From Thermoplasmata archaeon (GTDB taxonomy: Archaea > Thermoplasmatota > Thermoplasmata > Lutacidiplasmatales > UBA184): a stretch of 64,000 nucleotides of DNA. Location of the stretch: assembly GCA_021828195.1 (NCBI GenBank), contig JAKASQ010000002.1, forward strand, positions 276,245 to 340,244, written 5' to 3'. Positions 55,867 to 64,000 of this stretch are shown one piece after another; position 1 is the stretch's first letter, and each line of letters opens with the position of its first letter. The notes under the pieces are model-generated. The model ran no database searches, was not told the origin of the DNA, and was given only the letters and a program-made list of their open reading frames with translations. The position numbers were made by a program, and so were the translations under genes.

Positions 55867-56466
55867 TTACGCAGCGCTTCGCTTGCGCCGGGGTCTGCGC
55901 GTTCGACCCCGAGCGTCCAGTGAGGCGAGCAACTGACCCGCGGCGCGTAAGGCCTGCGAGCGGTGGGAAAGCTCGTTCTTCTCGGCGACGGGGATCTGGG
56001 CGAACGTCCGGGTGCGGCCCTCGGGGACAAAGATCGGATCGTATCCGAAGCCGTTCTTCCCCGCGGCTCGAGGAGCGATCTTCCCTCGCACTTCGCCGGG
56101 GAACAGCCAGATCCGCCGGCCCAGCCGCAATCCCGCTACCGCCCGGAAGCTCGCGGCGCGTGGGCGGCGCTTCAGCAGCTCGAAGAGCGGCCCGAACCCC
56201 CAGATGTCGAGGATGTGGGCGGAATAGACCCCCGGAAATCCGTTGAGGCTTGGGATGAACAGGCCGGAATCTTCGACCAGGACCCAGCCGGTCACGTCCC
56301 GGACCGCATTCAACTTGGAACGCACGACCTCCTCGATGTTCGCCGTCTGGGGTTCGGGGAGCTTGCGTCGCTTCCAGCGCACCTGGATCCCGAACGGGCG
56401 GAGGAGCGCGCGGACCTCGCGATACTTACCCGAGTTGGTGCTCACGAAGGTAACGGTGAGCACCAC
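55867..56466 (-). CDS. rdgB: Non-canonical purine NTP pyrophosphatase (RdgB/HAM1)
   Basis: STNSGK, EDSGL, GFPGVYS, GFGYDPIF, KNELSHR. Confidence 0.95.
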   Translation of the reverse strand: MVLTVTFVSTNSGKYREVRALLRPFGIQVRWKRRKLPEPQTANIEEVVRSKLNAVRDVTGWVLVEDSGLFIPSLNGFPGVYSAHILDIWGFGPLFELLKRRPRAASFRAVAGLRLGRRIWLFPGEVRGKIAPRAAGKNGFGYDPIFVPEGRTRTFAQIPVAEKNELSHRSQALRAAGQLLASLDARGRTRRPRRKRSAA

Positions 56467-56469
56467 GGC

Positions 56470-57015
56470 TCACCACGGATAGGAGTCGTAGGCGATGACC
56501 TCGTCCGGGCTCTTGCGACCCTCGACATCGGGGGCCGGAGACGCGAGGTGCCCGTTGTTCTCGGCCGGGAACCCGATGGGGATGATCGCGATCGGATGGA
56601 TCCCTTCGGGGACCTTGAGGACATTGCGCACCTTCTCGGTGTTGAAATCAATCAGCCAGTTCGTTCCGAGCCCTTCGGCGGTCGCGGCGAGCCGTAGCGT
56701 GTGGATCGCCACCGCGACGTCGAGCGGGTAGGCCGAGATGAACCCCCCGATCGTGACCGCGAGGTCCTCCTCGACGGAGAAGGCGACGATGACCGCCGGC
56801 GCCTCTCCGACGATCTTGCCCCGGACGCATGCCTGCGCGAGGAGGCGCTTCTGCTCATCATCGCGGACGACGACGAACCGCCACGGTTGCAGATTGTGTT
56901 GGGAGGGAGCGAGGCGGGCGGCGGAGAGGACCGTCTTCAGGAGCTCCGGCGGGACGGGCCGAGACTGGTACTGGGTGCAGGGTCGGTACGACCGGATCGC
57001 GTCGATGACGTCCAT
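56470..57015 (-). CDS. Nitroreductase family protein
   Basis: AARLAPS..NLQPWRF, GLGTNW, IPIGFP. Confidence 0.93.
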   Translation of the reverse strand: MDVIDAIRSYRPCTQYQSRPVPPELLKTVLSAARLAPSQHNLQPWRFVVVRDDEQKRLLAQACVRGKIVGEAPAVIVAFSVEEDLAVTIGGFISAYPLDVAVAIHTLRLAATAEGLGTNWLIDFNTEKVRNVLKVPEGIHPIAIIPIGFPAENNGHLASPAPDVEGRKSPDEVIAYDSYPW

Positions 57016-57290
57016 GGATTCAATCGGCGAAAAGTTCAGAATCCCAGCGTGAGCCGGGACGGCCTCGGTCTTGAGAGACGTGCCATTCTACCCCTCCTAC
57101 CCCTCGAGGGTATTAATAGCGTTTGCGAGCAGGTGGCGACGCATCTCGAGTGCGGCCGGTCGGAAGATGGAGTCGGATCGCTCGGAGTCGCGATGATCGC
57201 GGAGGTCCTCGCGCGGAGAGACCAAGTCGGATCGGAACGACCAAGGCGCGGGGGCCTTCAATTGGCGGGTCCATCGAGCGAGAGCGTTCG

Positions 57291-58322
57291 TTACGAATCG
57301 GCCCGTTCCGAGCGACGGAACCGAGCCAAGAACGACGATCGCATCGACAGGCCCATAGCGCGCAGTGCGGGGGCATAGGTCAGCGTGAGAAGCCCGCCGG
57401 TGCCGGGCGGGAATGGCCGGAATCCAAGCTCTCGGCGCGATCCTCGGAGCTGAGTGCGGCTCCCGAAGTGTGCGAGGTTCTCCATCGCCGACGGGAGCTC
57501 GTCGAGATCGTTGTGATAGTACACGCCCTCCAAGGTTGCTCCGGAGCGCTTCAGGAGTCGGGAGAGCGCCGGTGGGGTGTAGTGATAGCGATGGCGAGGG
57601 ATCTCCAGAAGGGGCCACGCGGCACCGAAGAATCGGCGGCCGGGCGAGTCGAAGTTGCACAGCGCGATCGCCATCACTCCGCCCAGCTTCAAGGCCCCGA
57701 GCGAGCGCTTGATCACGACCTGGGGGCGATCGCAGTGCTCGAGGGAGTGGTACATCGTGACGAGATCGAAGGTGTTCGATGGATAGTCGGCTTCCTCGGC
57801 CGGTGAGGTCTGAACCGTGAATCCCTGCTGTCGAGCGACAGCGGCGGCGGACTTCGACGGCTCGATGCCCTCCACTCGCCAACCGAGCTCGGCGAAGCGT
57901 TGGAGGTACCGACCCGCGCCGCAACCGATGTCGAGCACCGTTCCCGGTTTCGACCCTAGTTCATCGAGGTCGGCAAACCTCGGGTCGCACCAGCGCCAGT
58001 AACCGAGGCTCCCAGTGGCCCGGGCGATACGGTGCGAGGCGGTTCGAGAGGTTCCGCGAGTGTCCGACCCAGAGGATTCGTGATAGACGTAGTTCGATGG
58101 GTAAATCGCGGCGAGATCGGGAACCTCCCCCTCGTAGTCGGTCCGACCGAGTCCGCACTCCGTGCACTCGACCACCGGGTAGAGCCGCTCGGAAGTTTGG
58201 TGGCGAGTATCCGGCGCATCGAACACCGGACGCCACTGGTCCCGGTCGCAGACCGGGCACGGCGCTCCGCGCTCCGGAGCCGGATCGGGCGCTCCCGGGC
58301 CGGCGGCGGCACTCGCTTCCAC
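57291..58322 (-). CDS. Class I SAM-dependent methyltransferase with N-terminal Zn-binding pair
   Basis: CPVC..CTECG, VLDIGCGAG, YHSLEH, PRHRYHY; GTG start inferred. Confidence 0.88.
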   Translation of the reverse strand: MEASAAAGPGAPDPAPERGAPCPVCDRDQWRPVFDAPDTRHQTSERLYPVVECTECGLGRTDYEGEVPDLAAIYPSNYVYHESSGSDTRGTSRTASHRIARATGSLGYWRWCDPRFADLDELGSKPGTVLDIGCGAGRYLQRFAELGWRVEGIEPSKSAAAVARQQGFTVQTSPAEEADYPSNTFDLVTMYHSLEHCDRPQVVIKRSLGALKLGGVMAIALCNFDSPGRRFFGAAWPLLEIPRHRYHYTPPALSRLLKRSGATLEGVYYHNDLDELPSAMENLAHFGSRTQLRGSRRELGFRPFPPGTGGLLTLTYAPALRAMGLSMRSSFLARFRRSERADS

Positions 58323-58933
58323 GGCGAGTTCGAGGGAACGCGACCGATAAGCCGTTCGGACACCGGAACCGGAACCTTCTTGACCCGAAAGGGCGTGAAT
58401 CTGCGAGCGCACCCGAGAGCGCCGAACTCCTCCTATGTCCCGTTCGATGACTCTTCGCGGCCTCTCGCGAGTCGCCTTCGAAGCGCGACAAATCGGAGCT
58501 TAGGCCCAGTCACTCCGACAGTTCGTCCAGTCGGTACGCGCAGTAGCACGCACCAATCCCGCCTTCATACAACACGAAGACGCCTGTCCCCAAGAGGGAG
58601 CCATCCATCCGTTGCGACCAGCGCTGCGAGTACTCTTCCAAAGGTGAGGATCACGATCCCCGCGTGCTATCCAACCTCGACCCATTTCGCACGTCGCTCG
58701 GAAGGCGTCGAAGTCTCTCATTGACCCGTGGACATGATTGCTCCAGGGGCTGGAGGGCCCCCACTCGACAGTCAATCTGCCGTCGAGGCAAACGGAGCGC
58801 CCGGATGGCCCAGCACGACGGCCGGACGCCGTTCGGTGCCCGGTCCCCCAAGACTCTTCGGTTCCCAGGCGCCTGGGGCACCCCGTTCGTTAGCCCGGCA
58901 GCCACGCCGGCGGATGACCGCTCTAGCCGATTC

Positions 58934-58995
58934 ATGACCCGACGTGTAACACCTTCGGAGCGGCTATAGAAATGACCCGCTAGCGCAACAGTACC
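58934..58995. mobile_element. Orphan right end of a related IS6-family element
   Basis: ATGACCCGAC (58934) and ATGACCCGCT (58972) 38 bp apart, then AGCGCAACAGTACC terminus, matching the right end at 61025-61086. Confidence 0.75.
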
Positions 58996-59004
58996 TTTCG
59001 GGCC
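58975..59004. repeat. 30-bp direct repeat copy 1 (element right end + target site)
   Basis: ACCCGCTAGCGCAACAGTACCTTTCGGGCC identical to 61066-61095. Confidence 0.95.
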
Positions 59005-59036
59005 GGTACTGTTGTATGTCGGGGGATGAAATGTCC

Positions 59037-59249
59037 CTAGTCACCTCCGTTGCTTTTCGGGTGATGGGGGGAGGGCTTGCCCTCGGCAGCCCTTACCTCG
59101 ATTCTGGACCCGTGAACGATGTAGGTAATTCTCTCGGGGCGGGAGAGGCGATCCACGATGGGCTTGGGGATCGTGGTGAGGGTGCCTCGCGTCTCATGGT
59201 AGCTGACGCTCACAGTGAACTCCTTGGCGCCGGCCTTCCACTTCGGCAT
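59037..59249 (-). CDS. Small AbrB/MazE-like DNA-binding protein
   Basis: MPKWKAGAKEFTVSV...TTIPKPIVDRL...ITYIV...IEV; divergent from transposase. Confidence 0.7.
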   Translation of the reverse strand: MPKWKAGAKEFTVSVSYHETRGTLTTIPKPIVDRLSRPERITYIVHGSRIEVRAAEGKPSPHHPKSNGGD

Positions 59250-59263
59250 CGGAACCTCCCAAG

Positions 59264-59341
59264 TTATCCACATATATACGGGCATCGGGCAGTCGTCGAT
59301 ATCCACGTGGACGCACTATCGTTATATATCCACTTGGATAT
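59264..59341. promoter_or_regulatory. Divergent promoter region with TATCCAC operator-like repeats
   Basis: TATCCAC x3; ATATCCA-CT-TGGATAT palindrome at 59326-59341, TATCCACGTGGAC at 59300-59312; two TATATA boxes. Confidence 0.65.
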
Positions 59342-59351
59342 GCCCTATGCG

Positions 59352-60503
59352 ATGACGGCGATGTGGCAGGACGCGAGGACCCCGGCGCTAGCGATTGTGG
59401 CACGCGGGGACCAAATCGAGACGGTGAACCCGACTGAGTATGTCGTTCGTTCCCAAAGCAAGTTGGACGCAAAGTACCATGTGACGGTAAGCAGGGATCG
59501 GTGGGATTGCGACTGCCCATTCTACGCCGAGACGAAGGTGGCGTGTATTCACATCTACGCAGTCCGGTTCCGAGCTGGATTCCGGCAGGCGAGCGGCAAG
59601 GAGAGTGTCGAACCATGCTCACGGTGCGGTTCGGGTCTTGTCGTTCGGGACGGGAAGCGACACAACCGGAGCGGTATGATCGCACGGTACGTCTGCCGTG
59701 CATGTGGCTATCGGTTCACCGGGCATGATGGTTTCCAGCGCCGCCGATCCGACCCGGAGAAGATCGCGCTCGCGCTCGACCTCTATTTCCGAGGCATGAG
59801 CGTACGCAAAGTCTCGGAGCATTTCGTTCAGGTTCACGGCCTCAAGATCGACCACACCACCGTCTATCGTTGGGTGGTGAGTTACTCCAAGCTGGCCTCC
59901 GAGTGGATGGACCGGCAGGGCGCGAGGACAGGGGAGCGGTGGCATGTGGATGAAACGGTCGTGTCGGTGAACGGCGACCCGAAGTACGTCTGGAATGTCA
60001 TGGACGGCGAGACTCGTTTCCTGATGGCGACCCACGTTAGCGCCGGGCGGGGGATGGACGACACCCGGGCTCCTCTCCGAAAGGCAAAGGCCGTCACCCC
60101 GGACCGGCCGATGGAGGTATTCACGGACGGGATGAACGCCTACCCTCGCGCGGTTCGGAAGGAACTCTCGTTCCGAGTTGGGGACCGCGTTATCAGCCCG
60201 CACCACCGAGTGCCGAGCATCCGCGCGCCCGAGTCGAACAACCGGATCGAACGGCTCCACGGTTCGGAGAAGGAGAGAATCAAGGTGATGCGCGGGTTCG
60301 ACACGGACAAGGGAACGGCGGCCCTGATGGAAGGGTTCCGGACGCACTACAACCTGATTCGGACCCATCAGGCACTTGGGACCACGCCGGCGGTCGCGGC
60401 GGGGTTCCCGGAGCTTCCCGGGTTCAAGTGGCACGAACTCCTCAAGCGGGCCGCGCCACAGCCGAAGCCAGGTTACTCCGAGATCGAGATCATTCCGAAC
60501 TAG
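59352..60503 (+). CDS. IS6-family DDE transposase with N-terminal SWIM and Zn-ribbon domains
   Basis: CDCPF...CIH (SWIM), CSRC..CRAC, HTH GMSVRKV..HTTVYRWV, WHVDET, FTDG, NNRIERLH, HYN..R.HQAL. Confidence 0.92.
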   Translation: MTAMWQDARTPALAIVARGDQIETVNPTEYVVRSQSKLDAKYHVTVSRDRWDCDCPFYAETKVACIHIYAVRFRAGFRQASGKESVEPCSRCGSGLVVRDGKRHNRSGMIARYVCRACGYRFTGHDGFQRRRSDPEKIALALDLYFRGMSVRKVSEHFVQVHGLKIDHTTVYRWVVSYSKLASEWMDRQGARTGERWHVDETVVSVNGDPKYVWNVMDGETRFLMATHVSAGRGMDDTRAPLRKAKAVTPDRPMEVFTDGMNAYPRAVRKELSFRVGDRVISPHHRVPSIRAPESNNRIERLHGSEKERIKVMRGFDTDKGTAALMEGFRTHYNLIRTHQALGTTPAVAAGFPELPGFKWHELLKRAAPQPKPGYSEIEIIPN

Positions 60504-60513
60504 GGGTGGAGAT

Positions 60514-60720
60514 ATGGAGAGTCACACCAAAGGGGGACTCGAAGATCATCGGCGGTCAAGCCGGGTCCTATTGCTCTCTTCTCTAATGATCTTGTTCGCG
60601 GCGGTGGTCGTTACACTGAGCAGGGCGCCCGAGGCCGCCGTGGTGGTCACGTGGGCGTTCGCGGGTTACTTCATCGGGGGGTTCACCCTCGCACAGTCGG
60701 GGCATCGTGACGCGAAATGA
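60514..60720 (+). CDS. Passenger small two-TM protein
   Basis: GGTGGAG SD-like, 68 aa, two hydrophobic segments, inside the TIRs. Confidence 0.6.
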   Translation: MESHTKGGLEDHRRSSRVLLLSSLMILFAAVVVTLSRAPEAAVVVTWAFAGYFIGGFTLAQSGHRDAK

Positions 60721-60728
60721 GTGGAGTT

Positions 60729-60989
60729 CTAATGGACGAGCGGAGCGATTACGGCCCAAAGAATTCCGGCGACGATGAGGCCAAGGCCCCCCGAAACGGT
60801 GAAATGCCAAAACCGAATCTCTGCCGGTGTAAAAATCAGGACCGCGAAGCCGAAAAAGATGAACATGCCGGGGATCGAACCGAGCACGAGCGCGATGATC
60901 CCACCTATGAACACGATAAACCCGAACAGAATCGGGGCCTTCTTCGGGTTGAAGAGACTTTCGAGTATGAATCCCACGGTTACATTCAC
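60729..60989 (-). CDS. Passenger small three-TM protein
   Basis: 86-aa hydrophobic ORF, visibly lower GC, inside the TIRs. Confidence 0.65.
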   Translation of the reverse strand: MNVTVGFILESLFNPKKAPILFGFIVFIGGIIALVLGSIPGMFIFFGFAVLIFTPAEIRFWHFTVSGGLGLIVAGILWAVIAPLVH

Positions 60990-61065
60990 CCCTTGGCCGA
61001 AGTTACTGATGCTACGAACGCACCGTCACCCGACTTCCAACGTCCAGAATCCACGATGGCTTATC

Positions 61066-61095
61066 ACCCGCTAGCGCAACAGTACCTTTCGGGCC
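61066..61095. repeat. 30-bp direct repeat copy 2
   Basis: Identical to 58975-59004. Confidence 0.95.
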
Positions 61096-61100
61096 CAACG

Positions 61101-61151
61101 ATTAAATATGGCTGACAGGGCTCCCTAACGGCTGCTGACAACTGTCTGACA
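61101..61151 (+). promoter_or_regulatory. smc promoter: TATA box followed by three CTGACA repeats
   Basis: ATTAAATAT at 61101-61109; CTGACA at 61112, 61135, 61146. Confidence 0.65.
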
Positions 61152-61203
61152 AACGGCCAGGCAACAGCAACGGTGGAAGGTTCCGGGAGCCGGTGAACAG
61201 TCG

Positions 61204-64000
61204 ATGCATCTCAAGAAGTTGAAACTGAGGAACTTCAAGTCATTCGCCGGCGCGGTAGAGATCCCATTCGAGCCGGGTTACACGGGCGTTGCGGGTCCGA
61301 ACGGGATGGGCAAGTCCAACATCTCCGATGGGATTCTGTTCGTTCTCGGGCCGAAGAGCTCGAAGGCCCTCCGTGCCGATCGATTGACGCACCTCTTCTT
61401 CAACGGCGGGGCCTCGAAGAAACCCGCCACGGAGTGCGAGGTCTCACTGGTCTTCGACAACGTCGATCGTCTGCTACCGGTGGAGTCGGACGAAGTGGAG
61501 GTCACGCGATACGTCAAGCTCGCTCCGAGCGATCCCGACGGATACTATTCCTACTTCTACGTCAACGGCAAGCGGACCACTCAGACCGACATCGACAGCA
61601 TCCTCTCCCACGCGGGGCTCTCCGGCGACGGGTACAACCTCGTCCAGCAGGGGGACGTGAACAACATCGTCACGATGGGGCCGGTGCCGCGCCGAGGTCT
61701 GCTCGAGCGCCTCGCCGGGATCGCCCAGTTTGACGACGAGCTCGGACGGGCGGAGACCAAGCGAACGGACCTCGATGCCAATCTGGATCGGATCCGAACA
61801 CTTCTCGGCGAAATCAAGAGCCGGCTCGGCTCTCTCGAATCCCAGCGGCTAGAGGCCATCCAGTACCGGCAACTCGAGGAGGAGAAACACCGAACCGAGG
61901 CGCGTCTCGCGCGCGCGGGCCACATGATGGCCCAACAGGAGTTTGACACCTGTCAAGAGCAGGTGGAGACGCTCCAGCAAGAGATCCAGAAGCTCGACGC
62001 GGAACGATCCCGGCTCGTCCACGAACGGGACGAGCTTGTCGCCCAGATCGACACCGTGGATCGAGAGATCGCGAAGGCGGGCGGAGAGGCGGCCGAGAAG
62101 TTCCGGACCGAACTGGGCGAGAAGCGGCTCGCGCTCGCGACCCTCCAGATGAACCTCGACCACCAGAAAGAAGCCCTCCAAACCCTGGAGAGCCGAGTCC
62201 AGGAGCTCAACGGACTATCGAGCTCGGACGAGAAGGAGAGCACTCGACTCCGCGCCGAGGAGACCCGGCTCGCCCAGCAGCTTGCCGAAGTCTCCAAGCG
62301 GAGTGACGAGATCGGTGCGCACCTCGCCGAAGCGACGGGCGGATCCGAACATTCGCAGGGAAAGCTCGCCGGCGCGAAGAAGCAGGTCCTCGAGCTCCAG
62401 CGCCGCCAGACCGAACGCGAAAAGGCATGGCAGGCGGGGGTCCAGCAACGTGAATCGCTCAAGGCCCAGGTCGAGAGCGCCGAGCGCGCCCGCGCCCAGG
62501 CCGAAGATAGCCGCCGGGAGCGGGAGGTCGAGGTCCGGGACCTCGAGCTCCGGATCAAGGAAGCGAACCCGGACGGCACCAACAAGGGCGGAGCTACCGG
62601 GGATCTCCAGAAGGAGCTCTTCCAGCTCAAGAACAGGGAAAAGAGCCTCACCGAGGAGGCCGAACGTATCGGGCGGGAAGTCACCGAACTGAACCGGCGC
62701 TACATGGCCCTCGAGGCCCGCCTCAAGGCGCGCAGCGAATCCGGAAGCCGCGGCGGCGCGCTCGCCGCGGTGGACTTCCTGCTATCGCAGCGGAATCTCG
62801 GCAAGGTCAAGGGGATTCGAGGAACGATCTCCGAGCTCATCCAGTTCGACAACAAGCACCGCCTTGGGCTCGAGATCGCCGGAGGTTCTCGGTTCCACGC
62901 CCTCGTGGTCGAGACCGACGCGGTCGCGGAGGAGTGCATCCGCACCCTGCGCGCGGAGAAGCGAGGACGGGCTACCTTCCTCCCCCTCAACAAGATGCTT
63001 CCCGCCCGACCGAAGGGCAAGAGCCTGATCGCCGCCCAATCGTCGGGGGCGGTGGGATTCGCCATCGATCTAGTCAAGTTCGACGAGTCGCTGCGGCCGG
63101 CGATCTCCTACGTGTTCGGCGAGACGGTCGTGATGGACGATCTCGCCCACGCACGCGCGCAGATGGGAGGCGTCCGCCTCGTCACCCTGACGGGCGATCT
63201 GATCGAGGCGACGGGGGCGATCTCCGGTGGGTACCTCGACGCGGCCGGCAAGAGCGTGGACAGCGCCTCCGAGCTCAAGCAGATCGGCGAGGAGCTCCGA
63301 GAGAAGAGCGGAGCCGACGCCGCCGCGCGCACCGAGCTCGGCAAGGTGTCGACCCGGATCCGCGAGGTGAGCGAGGAACTCGCGAAGCGTTCGATCCGTG
63401 CCGACGCGCATCAGTCTACTCGCCAGATCCTCGATAAGGAGCTCTCCGCGGCTCGCCAACGCCTCCAAGAGATGGTCGGGCAGATCCGCGCCTCTCAGAA
63501 GGAGCAGGAACACGCGAGCGAGGAGCTCTCCACCCTCGAGGCGAGCGTAGCGAAGCTCGCGGAGGAGATCGCCGGCCTCAAAGCCGAGATCGCGAAGTCC
63601 CAGGAGCAGTATCTCGGACAGCTTCCCGGCGCCCTCTCCCTGCGGGTCCGACAATGGCAGCAGGACGCTCAGGAGACGAGCGACGCCCGCGTGAAGCTGA
63701 ACGGAGAGCTTCAGTCGATCCGGACGAATCTCACGGCGCTCACCGAGCGCCTAGCGGCCCGGAGGAAGGAGGTCGCGACCGCGCAACAGGAGCTCGCGGC
63801 CAAGCGCAAGGAGATCGCCACGAGCGAGCACGCGCTCGTCCAGTCAAAGGCGGCGCTCGACGCGATGAAGGGCGTAGAAGAACAGCAAGGAGCGAACTTC
63901 CGCGTGCAGGCCGAGAAGAAGAAGAAGCTCGCGGACGCGAGGCTCACGGTGACCGAGTCGCTCGCGAAGGCCGAGGTGACGGTCACGAGCCGGCAGACGA
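61204..64000 (+). CDS. smc: Chromosome segregation protein SMC (runs off window end; absent from ORF track)
   Basis: MHLKKLKLRNFKSF...GPNGMGKSNI, LVQQGDV, coiled coil, hinge GRATFLPLNK, VTLTGDLIEATGAISGG. Confidence 0.96.
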   Translation, partial: MHLKKLKLRNFKSFAGAVEIPFEPGYTGVAGPNGMGKSNISDGILFVLGPKSSKALRADRLTHLFFNGGASKKPATECEVSLVFDNVDRLLPVESDEVEVTRYVKLAPSDPDGYYSYFYVNGKRTTQTDIDSILSHAGLSGDGYNLVQQGDVNNIVTMGPVPRRGLLERLAGIAQFDDELGRAETKRTDLDANLDRIRTLLGEIKSRLGSLESQRLEAIQYRQLEEEKHRTEARLARAGHMMAQQEFDTCQEQVETLQQEIQKLDAERSRLVHERDELVAQIDTVDREIAKAGGEAAEKFRTELGEKRLALATLQMNLDHQKEALQTLESRVQELNGLSSSDEKESTRLRAEETRLAQQLAEVSKRSDEIGAHLAEATGGSEHSQGKLAGAKKQVLELQRRQTEREKAWQAGVQQRESLKAQVESAERARAQAEDSRREREVEVRDLELRIKEANPDGTNKGGATGDLQKELFQLKNREKSLTEEAERIGREVTELNRRYMALEARLKARSESGSRGGALAAVDFLLSQRNLGKVKGIRGTISELIQFDNKHRLGLEIAGGSRFHALVVETDAVAEECIRTLRAEKRGRATFLPLNKMLPARPKGKSLIAAQSSGAVGFAIDLVKFDESLRPAISYVFGETVVMDDLAHARAQMGGVRLVTLTGDLIEATGAISGGYLDAAGKSVDSASELKQIGEELREKSGADAAARTELGKVSTRIREVSEELAKRSIRADAHQSTRQILDKELSAARQRLQEMVGQIRASQKEQEHASEELSTLEASVAKLAEEIAGLKAEIAKSQEQYLGQLPGALSLRVRQWQQDAQETSDARVKLNGELQSIRTNLTALTERLAARRKEVATAQQELAAKRKEIATSEHALVQSKAALDAMKGVEEQQGANFRVQAEKKKKLADARLTVTESLAKAEVTVTSRQT

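Larger units (their letters stand above)
59005..61086 (+). mobile_element. IS6-family transposon with passenger genes (2082 bp)
   Basis: TIRs GGTACTGTTG (59005-59014) / CAACAGTACC (61077-61086), resembling IS26 GGCACTGTTG; 9-bp flanking duplication TTTCGGGCC; DDE transposase inside. Confidence 0.9.

Noticed and set aside
59264..59272. Perfect bacterial DnaA box TTATCCACA
   Set aside because: Archaeal host, single copy, and part of the element's TATCCAC operator-like repeats
58975..61095. 30-bp direct repeats as CRISPR repeats or attL/attR of an integrase
   Set aside because: Only two copies 2 kb apart, no cas or tyrosine/serine recombinase gene; explained by TIR plus target duplication

Overview
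High-GC archaeal chromosomal segment, most consistent with a Thermoplasmata lineage (inferred from archaeal-type mat, elp3, fni/ipk, cdc6, nreA, dph5, tes, trmY, rpl18Ae-pfdA-ftsY, thermosome and smc). It is mostly densely packed housekeeping genes, with a kdpFABC+USP operon, three tRNA genes and isoprenoid/tetraether lipid genes. A ~4 kb accessory island sits between a nitroreductase gene and smc. Main hidden features: (1) a 2.08 kb IS6-family element carrying a small AbrB-like regulator and two membrane-protein passengers, with 38-bp-spaced subterminal repeats and a 9-bp target duplication, inserted directly behind the right end of an older related element, i.e. apparent stacking at one site just upstream of the smc promoter; (2) a tRNA-Asp(GTC) with a 31-nt intron in the T-loop (59/60) and a strict bulge-helix-bulge motif; (3) an LbpA/GcvH-like domain with the lipoyl-Lys replaced by Arg, fused to a TusA-like domain next to a rhodanese; (4) a helically phased CTGAC(A) motif downstream of the TATA boxes of the RHH-ftsZ operon, smc and a third gene (possible cell-cycle regulon); (5) two genes that appear to need non-canonical starts (ATC, CTG). 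All calls come from reading the sequence by eye; no database searches were run.
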